Below, in pieces: positions 23,932 to 30,936 of a stretch of DNA of 47,136 bases; within the stretch, counting starts at the first letter, position 1; every line of letters starts with the position of its first letter. This stretch comes from a virus, in the IMG/VR virus record IMGVR_UViG_3300029108_000006, positions 1 to 47,136 of that record. One strand, 5' to 3'. The notes below the pieces were generated by a model that was not told the origin of the DNA, did no database searches, and saw only the letters and a list, made by a program, of their open reading frames with translations. Both the position numbers and the translations under genes were made by a program.

Positions 23932-24365
23932 TCCTTATCCTCCTCGCCATCCGGATCGTCCCACGGGCGGAAGCGGTCGACGTCTATGGAGAGGTTGGCT
24001 TCACTCAACCATTCGTAATCTTCGGAGTCCCCTACGGGAACGTAGCGAGCGGCGAAGTGGTACGTTCTCCCGTCTACGCAGCGCTCGACTCTCATCCAGA
24101 CGTCCTCCGGCGGCTCGACTTCGGGGAAGTCGTTCCATCCGTGCGGGTCGTACTCGTGGACTTCTTCGATGTCATCGACGGGAATCCGCACGGAAAATTC
24201 GCGGGTTTCGCCGAAGGTTATCTGAACTGTTTTGGCTCCGCACATATTCGCCCACAGGTTGACAGGTTCGCCCGTCATAAGCTCGTCGAGCCTTCGAGAA
24301 AAATCCCCGCCGCTCAAGGCGTCGAGCTGTACCTGCAAATCCTTGTTTTTGAGTCTGAATTTCAT
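23928..24365 (-). CDS. Two-domain hypothetical protein, 145 aa (N-terminal domain as in 22956-23192, C-terminal DUF551-like domain)
   Basis: See the paralogy finding. ATGA-coupled at both ends. Confidence 0.65.
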   Translation of the reverse strand: MKFRLKNKDLQVQLDALSGGDFSRRLDELMTGEPVNLWANMCGAKTVQITFGETREFSVRIPVDDIEEVHEYDPHGWNDFPEVEPPEDVWMRVERCVDGRTYHFAARYVPVGDSEDYEWLSEANLSIDVDRFRPWDDPDGEEDKE

Positions 24366-24475
24366 CGTTTGTTTGTTCCTTGTTCTGCCATTCCGAAGGC
24401 GATGTCCTCGATCATCGATCGCTTAACCGGAGGAATTATCGCGACCTTGGTCTCTGTCTTCTTCTTGGCTTTCAT
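24362..24475 (-). CDS. Possible 37-aa protein (below the ORF-track cutoff)
   Basis: Hand translation: MKAKKKTETKVAIIPPVKRSMIEDIAFGMAEQGTNKR. AAGGA precedes the ATG, and its stop overlaps the next start (ATGA). Confidence 0.35.
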   Translation of the reverse strand: MKAKKKTETKVAIIPPVKRSMIEDIAFGMAEQGTNKR

Positions 24476-24484
24476 TCCTTGTCC

Positions 24485-25423
24485 TCATTCGCAGAGGCCG
24501 TACTTTGACGAACACGTGGTCAGCTCATGCTCGCCGTCCGCGAAGATGTCGAGCTGCTTCCCGCCGCGTGCCGTTCTAGACCACTCAACAGCAGCTCGGA
24601 TGCCTGATCCGTTTCCGTTGGCTTCCGGGAAGAACGTGCCGGACGAATGCTTGCCGGCCATCCGGCCGATGCGCTCCCACTCTTCGATGCGGTTGATCTC
24701 AGCAGGGAAGCGGTTCGCGATCTCCCTCAGCTCTGCCTTTCGGCAATTGACGCATGGCATGCAGCCGACACGCCCCATGCCCATCTTGTAGAGCGGGTTT
24801 GGGTCGATCCCGTGGCGGCGCATCATGTCGAAGCAGTCTTCAGCCGTCCAGTCGAGGATCGGTCGGTAGTTCCACATCTCCGCGCCCGTGGCTTCGTCCT
24901 TCATGGCGAAGTCCCGCTCAACGGCGCACGCTCTGGCCTTACTTTCGTCATGCCTGATCCCCTGCCACGAGACGACGTCGATCCCGTCTCGAAGGAGAGG
25001 GAGCTGAACCTGATTTTTTAGGACGTTCGCCTTCAGCTCGATCGAACAGAAGCGCATCCTGGTCGAAGGAAAGCGACCCTTGCAGACAATCATGTCGAGA
25101 AATGGATTGCCGGTTGGGTGCAGGATAGAGAGCGCATCGGTGATCTTCTCCTCCGAGATACCTTCTTCCCGCCACTTCGTTTCCACAGTGAGTCGTTTAC
25201 GCTCGATGGCGGCGGAGAAGTCGGCTTTTACCCATTCGATCTCGATGCCGACCGCGTCGGCCAGATAGCGGACGTAGTCATATGTCAGAGGGTGTTCGTT
25301 GCCTGTGTCACAAAAAACGGGGCGAATGTTCTCCGTCCCGCGTTCTATGGCAAGCAAGAGCATTGCCGTTGAGTCTTTGCCACCGCTGACGCTGATGACG
25401 TTGACCTCGCTTTCATTTGTCAA
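24485..25423 (-). CDS. PAPS-reductase-family PP-loop enzyme, 312 aa
   Basis: VSGGKDSTAMLLLAIE is the SGGxDS PP-loop, and C-terminal Cys motifs (CMPCVNC) are present. The start appears to be TTG at 25423. Confidence 0.8.
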   Translation of the reverse strand: MTNESEVNVISVSGGKDSTAMLLLAIERGTENIRPVFCDTGNEHPLTYDYVRYLADAVGIEIEWVKADFSAAIERKRLTVETKWREEGISEEKITDALSILHPTGNPFLDMIVCKGRFPSTRMRFCSIELKANVLKNQVQLPLLRDGIDVVSWQGIRHDESKARACAVERDFAMKDEATGAEMWNYRPILDWTAEDCFDMMRRHGIDPNPLYKMGMGRVGCMPCVNCRKAELREIANRFPAEINRIEEWERIGRMAGKHSSGTFFPEANGNGSGIRAAVEWSRTARGGKQLDIFADGEHELTTCSSKYGLCE

Positions 25424-25482
25424 GCTATTTTGTCCTTTGAAGGTCTCCCGCCCGCTAGTGAAGTGGGCAGGAGAAGATGGTG

Positions 25483-25914
25483 TTACTGGCGCTTGAAGCT
25501 GAGGCGAATGTCGCCGTTTTCTTCAACAGTCATGGACGTGCCAGCGATCTTTTTCAACGCTTCTGGATCAAACGTGGGCGTCTGTTCGGCGGGCACCGTT
25601 TCAGCGATGGGTTGGTCGACGGTTTCCTCGCTTTCTTCAGCGGTTTCTTCAGTGTCGTCATAAGCAAACATCAGAGCACTGATTTCGTTGCTTTCGATTT
25701 TGGCTCGCTCGATTGTGAGTGCGTAGTTGCAGACGGAATGGGCGATATTCTGGAGGACTTCCTTGTGTTCGCTTTTGTGGCTTTCGAAGGCGATCAAGAG
25801 AGCAGATTCGACGAGGAGAGAAGTGTCGATGTCGTCGATCCGGTTGTCATACTGATTGTTGATGTCGAACAGAGCGGACCGGATGATTTCATGGGAGGTT
25901 GCTTTTTTAAGCAT
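25483..25914 (-). CDS. Hypothetical protein with an acidic C-terminal half, 143 aa
   Basis: ORF in operon context between RecT and the PP-loop enzyme. No family recognised. Confidence 0.6.
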   Translation of the reverse strand: MLKKATSHEIIRSALFDINNQYDNRIDDIDTSLLVESALLIAFESHKSEHKEVLQNIAHSVCNYALTIERAKIESNEISALMFAYDDTEETAEESEETVDQPIAETVPAEQTPTFDPEALKKIAGTSMTVEENGDIRLSFKRQ

Positions 25915-25940
25915 GAGCTTCTCCTTGTGGAGATAAGGGG

Positions 25941-26801
25941 TTAATTGTTTTCGTGGATTTCGTCGTCAACGACCGGGGCTTCGAGATACTGCTCTGAAGC
26001 GGTGCCTTTCTCGATGAACTCGCCTTCGATGAAGTCCTGCTGCGTTACTGCTTCGCCACGGTCTGACTTCTCGTCGATCTCGACGGCGCGGACGGCCTCG
26101 ATGCTGACGGGGAGGTACTTGAATAGGCGACGAATGACGGTCTTCTTTGCCATCTCGTCCCAATGCGAGGCCCAGGGGCCAGAGGTGCCGGCTTTTGAGG
26201 TCTTGCGCACAGCTTCAATCTCGGCGCGAGACATAACCTCGAATTGAACCCCGCCGCCCTTGAGCTTCGCGACGGCATAGACGTGAGTGACCTTTCCTCG
26301 ATCCGCAACCGATGCAGGGATGTGCTCGATGTCCGGATCTAGACCGAGCTTGTAGTTGAAGGTGTCCTGTTCGTGCACGCAGTATGCGGATAGGCTGACG
26401 ATCTGTCCGGATCGACGTGCGAGGTCGATCATTCCTCGGTAGCCGATGATGAGCTGGGCGTTCGGACGACCAGACTTGTCTTTGCCATTCCCGAAGGGCA
26501 GCAGGTAGCAATGCCCGAGCGCGGAACCGGGCTCAAGGCCGAGCGCAGCGCACTGGAGGACTGCGCCGTAAAAGCTCTCAGGGGCGCACTTCAGAAGAGC
26601 CGGTGCCTTGCGGCACTCAGTCATGACGATGCGCGTCAGGCGATCAGCAGTCATGCTCTTCGGAAGTGCCAGGGCCATCTGAGCCTGAAACTTTTTCGAG
26701 CGCACGACGTCGATGACGGTTGCGGCTTTGACCTGTTGCACGACGGCGGTCTGTGCGGCGGCAGGTGCGACCTGCGACTTGAGAACATCAGTTGTTGACA
26801 T
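25941..26801 (-). CDS. recT: RecT-family single-strand annealing recombinase, 286 aa
   Basis: SFYGAVLQCAALGLEPGSALGHCYLLPFGN...AQLIIGYRGMIDLARRSG is the RecT core. It is paired with an upstream exonuclease. Confidence 0.85.
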   Translation of the reverse strand: MSTTDVLKSQVAPAAAQTAVVQQVKAATVIDVVRSKKFQAQMALALPKSMTADRLTRIVMTECRKAPALLKCAPESFYGAVLQCAALGLEPGSALGHCYLLPFGNGKDKSGRPNAQLIIGYRGMIDLARRSGQIVSLSAYCVHEQDTFNYKLGLDPDIEHIPASVADRGKVTHVYAVAKLKGGGVQFEVMSRAEIEAVRKTSKAGTSGPWASHWDEMAKKTVIRRLFKYLPVSIEAVRAVEIDEKSDRGEAVTQQDFIEGEFIEKGTASEQYLEAPVVDDEIHENN

Positions 26802-26815
26802 GAGTTTCCTTTTTG

Positions 26816-27838
26816 TTAAGCGAGTCGAAGGATTCGGGTGGGGGTGACTTGTACGAAAGTTGCGTACAGGTCAGGGTGTTCTTTCTTGAAGGCGGTAGAG
26901 GAGAAGCGAGTGCTGTTCTGCGCCTTGTAGGTGACGGCCTTTTGACCGCCGATCGTGAGCCCGGTCTTTTCACCAATGGCGAGGATCACGCGAGAGGCGA
27001 CGGCCTTCTCTTGCTCCTGAAGCTCTTTGATCTGTTCTTTGATCGTTCGGAGCTCGCCTATGTCGGCAGCTTCGTCGTTACTGGCTTCTTTCAGCTCGCC
27101 GTTGTCTCGGGAATAGAGCTTCTTGATGTCGTCGACGTTGATGGGGTCAGGGGCGACGTCAGCAAGGACCTTCTCGAACCAGAAGGCGCGGCACTTTTCG
27201 ACGATGGCTTTGATCACGTCCTCATCGCGCTGCACTTCGTACATTCGGAAGTCCTGACCGCCGATGAGAACAGCGACATAGAACTTCTTGATGCCCGTCA
27301 CCGCCATGTACCACTGAATCTGCGTTTCGTAGTAGAGCGGAATCTGGTGCTCGGTGACGACCTTGCCGGACACGATCTCATCTTCCTGCGAAGGTCCCCA
27401 CTTGTCAGCCATGAAGGCGTTGGCGGTCTTGCACTCGAGGCCGACGTCCGTCGAAAGCATGAGGCCGGTTTCGGCTGCCTTCGCGGGCTTGTTGACGCGG
27501 ACCGTTTTGGCAATCTGTTCGTTGACGATCGCTCGGTCGATGTTGCCGCGCATCCACCCGTCTTCGCCGGTCGAAAGAAGGAAGTTCACGCGCTGAATCT
27601 TCATGCCGGTGCGCTTGCTGAACTCTTTCGCGACAACGTCCTCTAGAGTCGTTCCCCAGTAGGCCGCTTCGCCTGCCGGGGAGCCTTTGGTCTTGCCGGT
27701 CTTTTCTTCCCACAAGCTCAGCGGCGTCTTGTAAGGGTTGAGGCCGAGGACGGTTGCAACGTCTGAACCGCCGATGCCCTTGCTGCGCTCTTGCAGCCAG
27801 TCATCGCGTGCCATCTCCGCAGTCTTGATTGCTGTCAT
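26816..27838 (-). CDS. YqaJ-type (lambda Exo-like) recombination exonuclease, 340 aa
   Basis: The N-terminus WLQERSKGIGGSDVATVLGLNPYKTPLSLWEEKTG is the YqaJ signature. Confidence 0.85.
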   Translation of the reverse strand: MTAIKTAEMARDDWLQERSKGIGGSDVATVLGLNPYKTPLSLWEEKTGKTKGSPAGEAAYWGTTLEDVVAKEFSKRTGMKIQRVNFLLSTGEDGWMRGNIDRAIVNEQIAKTVRVNKPAKAAETGLMLSTDVGLECKTANAFMADKWGPSQEDEIVSGKVVTEHQIPLYYETQIQWYMAVTGIKKFYVAVLIGGQDFRMYEVQRDEDVIKAIVEKCRAFWFEKVLADVAPDPINVDDIKKLYSRDNGELKEASNDEAADIGELRTIKEQIKELQEQEKAVASRVILAIGEKTGLTIGGQKAVTYKAQNSTRFSSTAFKKEHPDLYATFVQVTPTRILRLA

Positions 27839-28062
27839 CTAAAAACTCCTTGAATGAGTGCTCCGGCACTAACCGCAAGCGCTCCTACGAGAACAACGAC
27901 CTTCCAGATCAACGATGGTTGTTCACATGAAAAAGGCTCGACGTTCTGCCGAGCCTGCTTTGCTTTCTTCCGCTGTTCGAGCGGTCGCTTTGGTGTCTTG
28001 CGTTTCATGTCGAAGTCGGGTGGTATGTGTTCGATTGTCTTTACGGGGTCGGAGTAGCTCAT
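27835..28062 (-). CDS. Small C-terminally anchored membrane protein, 75 aa
   Basis: Basic N-terminus and a C-terminal TM (LIWKVVVLVGALAVSAGALI). ATGA-coupled to the exonuclease gene. Confidence 0.5.
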   Translation of the reverse strand: MSYSDPVKTIEHIPPDFDMKRKTPKRPLEQRKKAKQARQNVEPFSCEQPSLIWKVVVLVGALAVSAGALIQGVFR

Positions 28063-28280
28063 TTGGTTGCCTTGAAGATGCCTTTTTGGAAGGCTTCGTA
28101 GACCGCCTCGGCAGCCGTTCTCGCGCCGAGTGTTCGCAACGCTTCTTCGTGGTGGGACTTGACGGTGGTTGTCGCAATGCCCATGACTTCGGCGATTTCT
28201 CGACGCCTTAGCCCTTTTGCGACGAGCGTGAGGTACTCGACTTCACGGGGTCTCAGGGTTTTTCGAAATTCCGCTTTCAT
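28059..28280 (-). CDS. LuxR/GerE-type HTH transcriptional regulator, 73 aa
   Basis: LTLVAKGLRRREIAEVMGIATTTVKSHHEEALRTLG is the GerE-type HTH. Confidence 0.75.
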   Translation of the reverse strand: MKAEFRKTLRPREVEYLTLVAKGLRRREIAEVMGIATTTVKSHHEEALRTLGARTAAEAVYEAFQKGIFKATK

Positions 28281-28291
28281 TGGCGTTTTCC

Positions 28292-28483
28292 TCAGTCAAA
28301 AAACCAGTGGTAGAGGGTTGCGGCCGCCATGGCCGGCAAGATCACCAGGCCGAAAAAACCGAGTAGGCCTTCGAGGCCCTCGATGAGGGAGCCAACGAAG
28401 CCGGGGCGATGAGGCTCAGTGCCGTCGGTGCCGAGATACGTGCGACGTGCGAGACCGTCAAGGTAGGAGATAAAGCGCTTCAT
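28292..28483 (-). CDS. Small membrane protein, 63 aa
   Basis: ATG at 28483 lies 5 nt after GGAGG. The C-terminus has a TM (LLGFFGLVILPAMAAATLY). The upstream part of the tracked ORF crosses a terminator hairpin. Confidence 0.5.
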   Translation of the reverse strand: MKRFISYLDGLARRTYLGTDGTEPHRPGFVGSLIEGLEGLLGFFGLVILPAMAAATLYHWFFD

Positions 28484-28492
28484 GACGCCTCC

Positions 28493-28577
28493 AAAAAAAG
28501 AAAAGACATTCAGACGCCCTCGCTCGGAAGAACTGCCGGCTCGTGATGGCACGGGCAAGGGCGCGTGAATGTCTTTT
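28493..28577 (-). terminator. Strong intrinsic terminator inside the early-left operon
   Basis: On the - strand, AAAAGACATTCA...TGAATGTCTTTT forms 12 perfect bp plus 5 more after a 2-nt internal loop. It is followed directly by CTTTTTTT. Confidence 0.65.
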
Positions 28578-28726
28578 GGGTTTGTGGTGGGTGAGGGAGC
28601 CGGGGTGAACGCAAAAGCCTCTCGTCTGCAGATGCCCCGGCTTTGGGATTCGTCGGAGTGTCGCGGCACAGTGCGACAGGAACGAACCGGCTCATATCTG
28701 CGTCAAGCCGTTTGCCCTCGAAGTCG

Positions 28727-28954
28727 TTACGGAAGTTCGTCCATGACGCACTGGACGTTGCAGGCGACCTGCTCGTACTTCTCCGCTGCAGGGCAGTGGA
28801 TGACGGTCGGCTCGGTCTTCATGTAGAAGTGGAGGTCTGCAGCGTTCTTGATGCTCACGAGAGCGAACTCATGCACGTCGTTTTCATTGCAGGTCTCGCG
28901 GCCTTGTGCGCGGAGGTGGTGCGCCAGTCGGGCGTCGAAGTCGCTGCGCTTCAT
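28727..28954 (-). CDS. Hypothetical protein, 75 aa
   Basis: ATGA-coupled to the upstream acidic gene. It is the last gene before the terminator. Confidence 0.5.
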   Translation of the reverse strand: MKRSDFDARLAHHLRAQGRETCNENDVHEFALVSIKNAADLHFYMKTEPTVIHCPAAEKYEQVACNVQCVMDELP

Positions 28955-29121
28955 TCTTCGTCCTCCTCGTCGTCATCGTTGAGCAAACCAGTCAGAAGGG
29001 TGTCGGCGGAGTCGAGCGCACCGATGTACGCGTCGTCGTCGCCCCGGAGGAAGGCCTCTTCGGCCTCCGAGATGTAGTCCTTGATGTACTCAAGGTTTTC
29101 GAGCTTTTCTTTGTCAGTCAT
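28951..29121 (-). CDS. Hyper-acidic 56-aa protein (below the ORF-track cutoff)
   Basis: Hand translation: MTDKEKLENLEYIKDYISEAEEAFLRGDDDAYIGALDSADTLLTGLLNDDDEEDEE. Its stop overlaps the next start (ATGA). Confidence 0.5.
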   Translation of the reverse strand: MTDKEKLENLEYIKDYISEAEEAFLRGDDDAYIGALDSADTLLTGLLNDDDEEDEE

Positions 29122-29130
29122 GGCTTCTCC

Positions 29131-29400
29131 TTAGTCCTCGACGTAGTAGCAGCGCTCTTCGTCGTCCCAGAGGATGTCGTGGTATTCCTCGTCGTAGTAG
29201 TCGCTTCCGACCCATTGCGGGTCTACGTAGACGAACAGATCGTCGTAGATGTGCTCGACGTCCTTTGCGTCGACCCCGAACTCGTTCGCGACGCAACCGC
29301 AGAGTTCGATCCAGTCTTCGTAGCCGCCAGCTTCGACTTCGTCAAACAGGCGTTGTTCGATCTTGTCCTGCTGTGCGCAGGAGACATTAAGAATCTTCAT
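29131..29400 (-). CDS. Hyper-acidic 89-aa protein, first sizeable gene of the early-left operon
   Basis: ATG at 29400 after GGAAG. By my count it has about 26 D/E versus 5 K/R. Confidence 0.6.
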   Translation of the reverse strand: MKILNVSCAQQDKIEQRLFDEVEAGGYEDWIELCGCVANEFGVDAKDVEHIYDDLFVYVDPQWVGSDYYDEEYHDILWDDEERCYYVED

Positions 29401-29693
29401 GGTGTTCTTCCGGTAAGCCGTCCCGCGTGTCACTCTTTGCGGGTACCTGCGAGACGGCTGTGATCTTTATGAAAGTCCATCCAAGCGCTCTCGCGCCAGC
29501 CCCCTACGCATTGAACACATGCGCAAGAACGCTTGAATCGACTTTCTGCTGTGCACGGTCCCGCGTTTTCCGCAGGCAGCCGCTCGGGTCTTCGTGACCT
29601 CTGCCTCTCTCGGCTGCATCAGCTACGTCCGCCGCTCCACGTCCCTCAACGTCTGCCACCTCGCGTCCGCGTTTTCATGTCGGCCCTCCCGGT

Positions 29694-29807
29694 TGTTGCC
29701 GGTAGGTTGGTGTTGAATGGTTTCTTCTTGCTATGTGCTGTTGAAACCAATCAACACCATCGATGTTACACCAAAATAAAACCAATATGGTTGCCGTAGG
29801 GTGTTGG
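29694..29807. promoter_or_regulatory. OL-like operator/promoter cluster
   Basis: GTTGCCGgtaggTTGGTGTTGAA (29694-29717), TCAACACCA (29751-29759) and GTTGCCGtagGGTGTTGG (29790-29807). The same motifs recur in the cI-cro intergenic region. Confidence 0.5.
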
Positions 29808-29823
29808 TGAGGTGTATAAATTG

Positions 29824-29905
29824 GGGAGTTATTGACGCGCATCAATGGCACTGAAATTAAGACAAAAAAAGCCCGCCTTGAGTGGCGGGCTTGATTTGGT
29901 TGTGT
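29824..29905 (+). ncRNA. Candidate small RNA (~75-80 nt) convergent with cI
   Basis: TTGCCG-N18-TATAAA at 29791-29820, an internal hairpin ATTGA-cgcgca-TCAAT (29831-29846), and the agcccgcc/ggcgggct hairpin followed by a T-rich tract. Inference only. Confidence 0.25.
29864..29891 (-). terminator. Rho-independent terminator of cI
   Basis: agcccgcc-ttgagt-ggcgggct with a 7-nt T-run on the - strand, 28 nt after the cI stop. Confidence 0.75.
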
Positions 29906-29918
29906 TATGGGGTTTGGT

Positions 29919-30578
29919 TTAGTAGGTGTTGAATGATCCGCAAACGACGCCGACGACCTCTAAACCGTGTTGCCTGGAGTGAAGGATTGGATAGTCTGGG
30001 TTCAGCGGCTTCAGATCAAAGAGTTCTCGACCTTGATCGTCGTATCCGGTGACGACGTATTTCTTGAAAGTCGTCTCTGTGAGAATGCCAGACGTAGAAC
30101 GTGCGATGACGAAGTCTCCAGGTTTTGGTAGCCTATTGGGGTCGACGAAGAGCAGTTGTCCTTCTTGGAAATTTGGCGACATGGAGTCGCCTCTTACGCG
30201 AAGAGCAAAAGTTTTCTCCGGCAATGTTTCTGGGACGATCGCCCATTCATCGTATTGTTCTTGTCCGTTGTCTGTAAGCATTCCCGCCTGCACATATGAA
30301 AGGATTGGTATGCGCTTGAAACGTATCGTGCTTACTTGGGGGTTGCCGAGTTCTGCGTTTTCCGTGTCAAGTGTTCCTGGGGGAAGGCCAAGCTTATCTT
30401 CAATCTCTCTAGCGATTCGTGCTCCAAAAGACTTCGTTCCTCTGATCATGTCATTGATCTGCTGCGGAGCTTTGCCAAGTATCTCGGCCAATCGAGACCG
30501 CGAGCCATTCAGCTCTGCCAGACGACTCAGGTTTGCAATGCGTATCCGCTTCAGGGTGTCTTTTTCATTCGTACTCAT
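29919..30578 (-). CDS. CI-type repressor (N-terminal HTH plus C-terminal S24 LexA-like autopeptidase), 219 aa
   Basis: HTH region SRLAEILGKAPQQINDMIRGTK. The C-terminus has VRGDSMSP (catalytic Ser) and a later Lys. ATG at 30578 follows GGGAGG. It is divergent from the cro-like gene. Confidence 0.9.
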   Translation of the reverse strand: MSTNEKDTLKRIRIANLSRLAELNGSRSRLAEILGKAPQQINDMIRGTKSFGARIAREIEDKLGLPPGTLDTENAELGNPQVSTIRFKRIPILSYVQAGMLTDNGQEQYDEWAIVPETLPEKTFALRVRGDSMSPNFQEGQLLFVDPNRLPKPGDFVIARSTSGILTETTFKKYVVTGYDDQGRELFDLKPLNPDYPILHSRQHGLEVVGVVCGSFNTY

Positions 30579-30622
30579 AAGAAGTACCTCCCTTCTGCAA
30601 TAGTAGTGTGGAAGGTGTATGC

Positions 30623-30693
30623 GCGGCAACATGTGCGGCAACCAACAAAAGCGGCGAAAATGTTGTATTATGGTTCAACACCAAAACAACACC
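30623..30693. promoter_or_regulatory. OR-like operator/promoter region between cI and cro
   Basis: GCGGCAAC occurs twice (30623-30630 and 30635-30642, the reverse complement of GTTGCCGC). TTCAACACCAA is at 30674-30684 and CAACACC at 30687-30693. A possible PRM reads TTGCCG-N16-TACTAT on the - strand. Confidence 0.5.
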
Positions 30694-30705
30694 TAGAGGT
30701 CTGAG

Positions 30706-30927
30706 ATGACGCCTCGAGCGCTCGAATATTTCAAATCCCTAAAGCCAATCGAAAAGAAGGCCTTGTGCCAAAAAGTAGGCATTTCTGTCCGATGGCTTCA
30801 CAACTGCATGTATGTCCCGTCGAAGAATTTCAGCCCGGAAGTCGCTGAGAAGATCGAGATGGTTTCTTGTCGAAAAGTGACGCGCGAAGACCTGCGCCCA
30901 GATATTGACTGGTCGCTTATTCGCTAA
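30706..30927 (+). CDS. Cro-like HTH regulator, 73 aa
   Basis: It is divergent from cI and is the first gene of the right operon. KKALCQKVGISVRWLHNCMY is an HTH of the Cro/YdaS type. Confidence 0.7.
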   Translation: MTPRALEYFKSLKPIEKKALCQKVGISVRWLHNCMYVPSKNFSPEVAEKIEMVSCRKVTREDLRPDIDWSLIR

Positions 30928-30936
30928 GGGGACGCC

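Noticed and set aside
26813-27646. 277-aa ORF on the plus strand, and similar long antisense ORFs (35995-36738, 31704-32273, 24057-24791, 13021-13728)
   Set aside because: Each lies opposite a confidently assigned gene (exonuclease, terminase, helicase loader, PP-loop enzyme, fibre/chaperone) and lacks a start context.
29533-29799. 88-aa plus-strand ORF in the early-left leader
   Set aside because: It has no RBS, is Pro/Arg/Leu-rich, and spans the operator cluster. It is most likely non-coding.
30643-30671. Exact PR promoter hexamers for cro (TATTAT at 30666-30671)
   Set aside because: The -10 is plausible, but no acceptable -35 lies at 16-18 nt. I report the region only, not the hexamers. 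Likewise, I could not place pL precisely.
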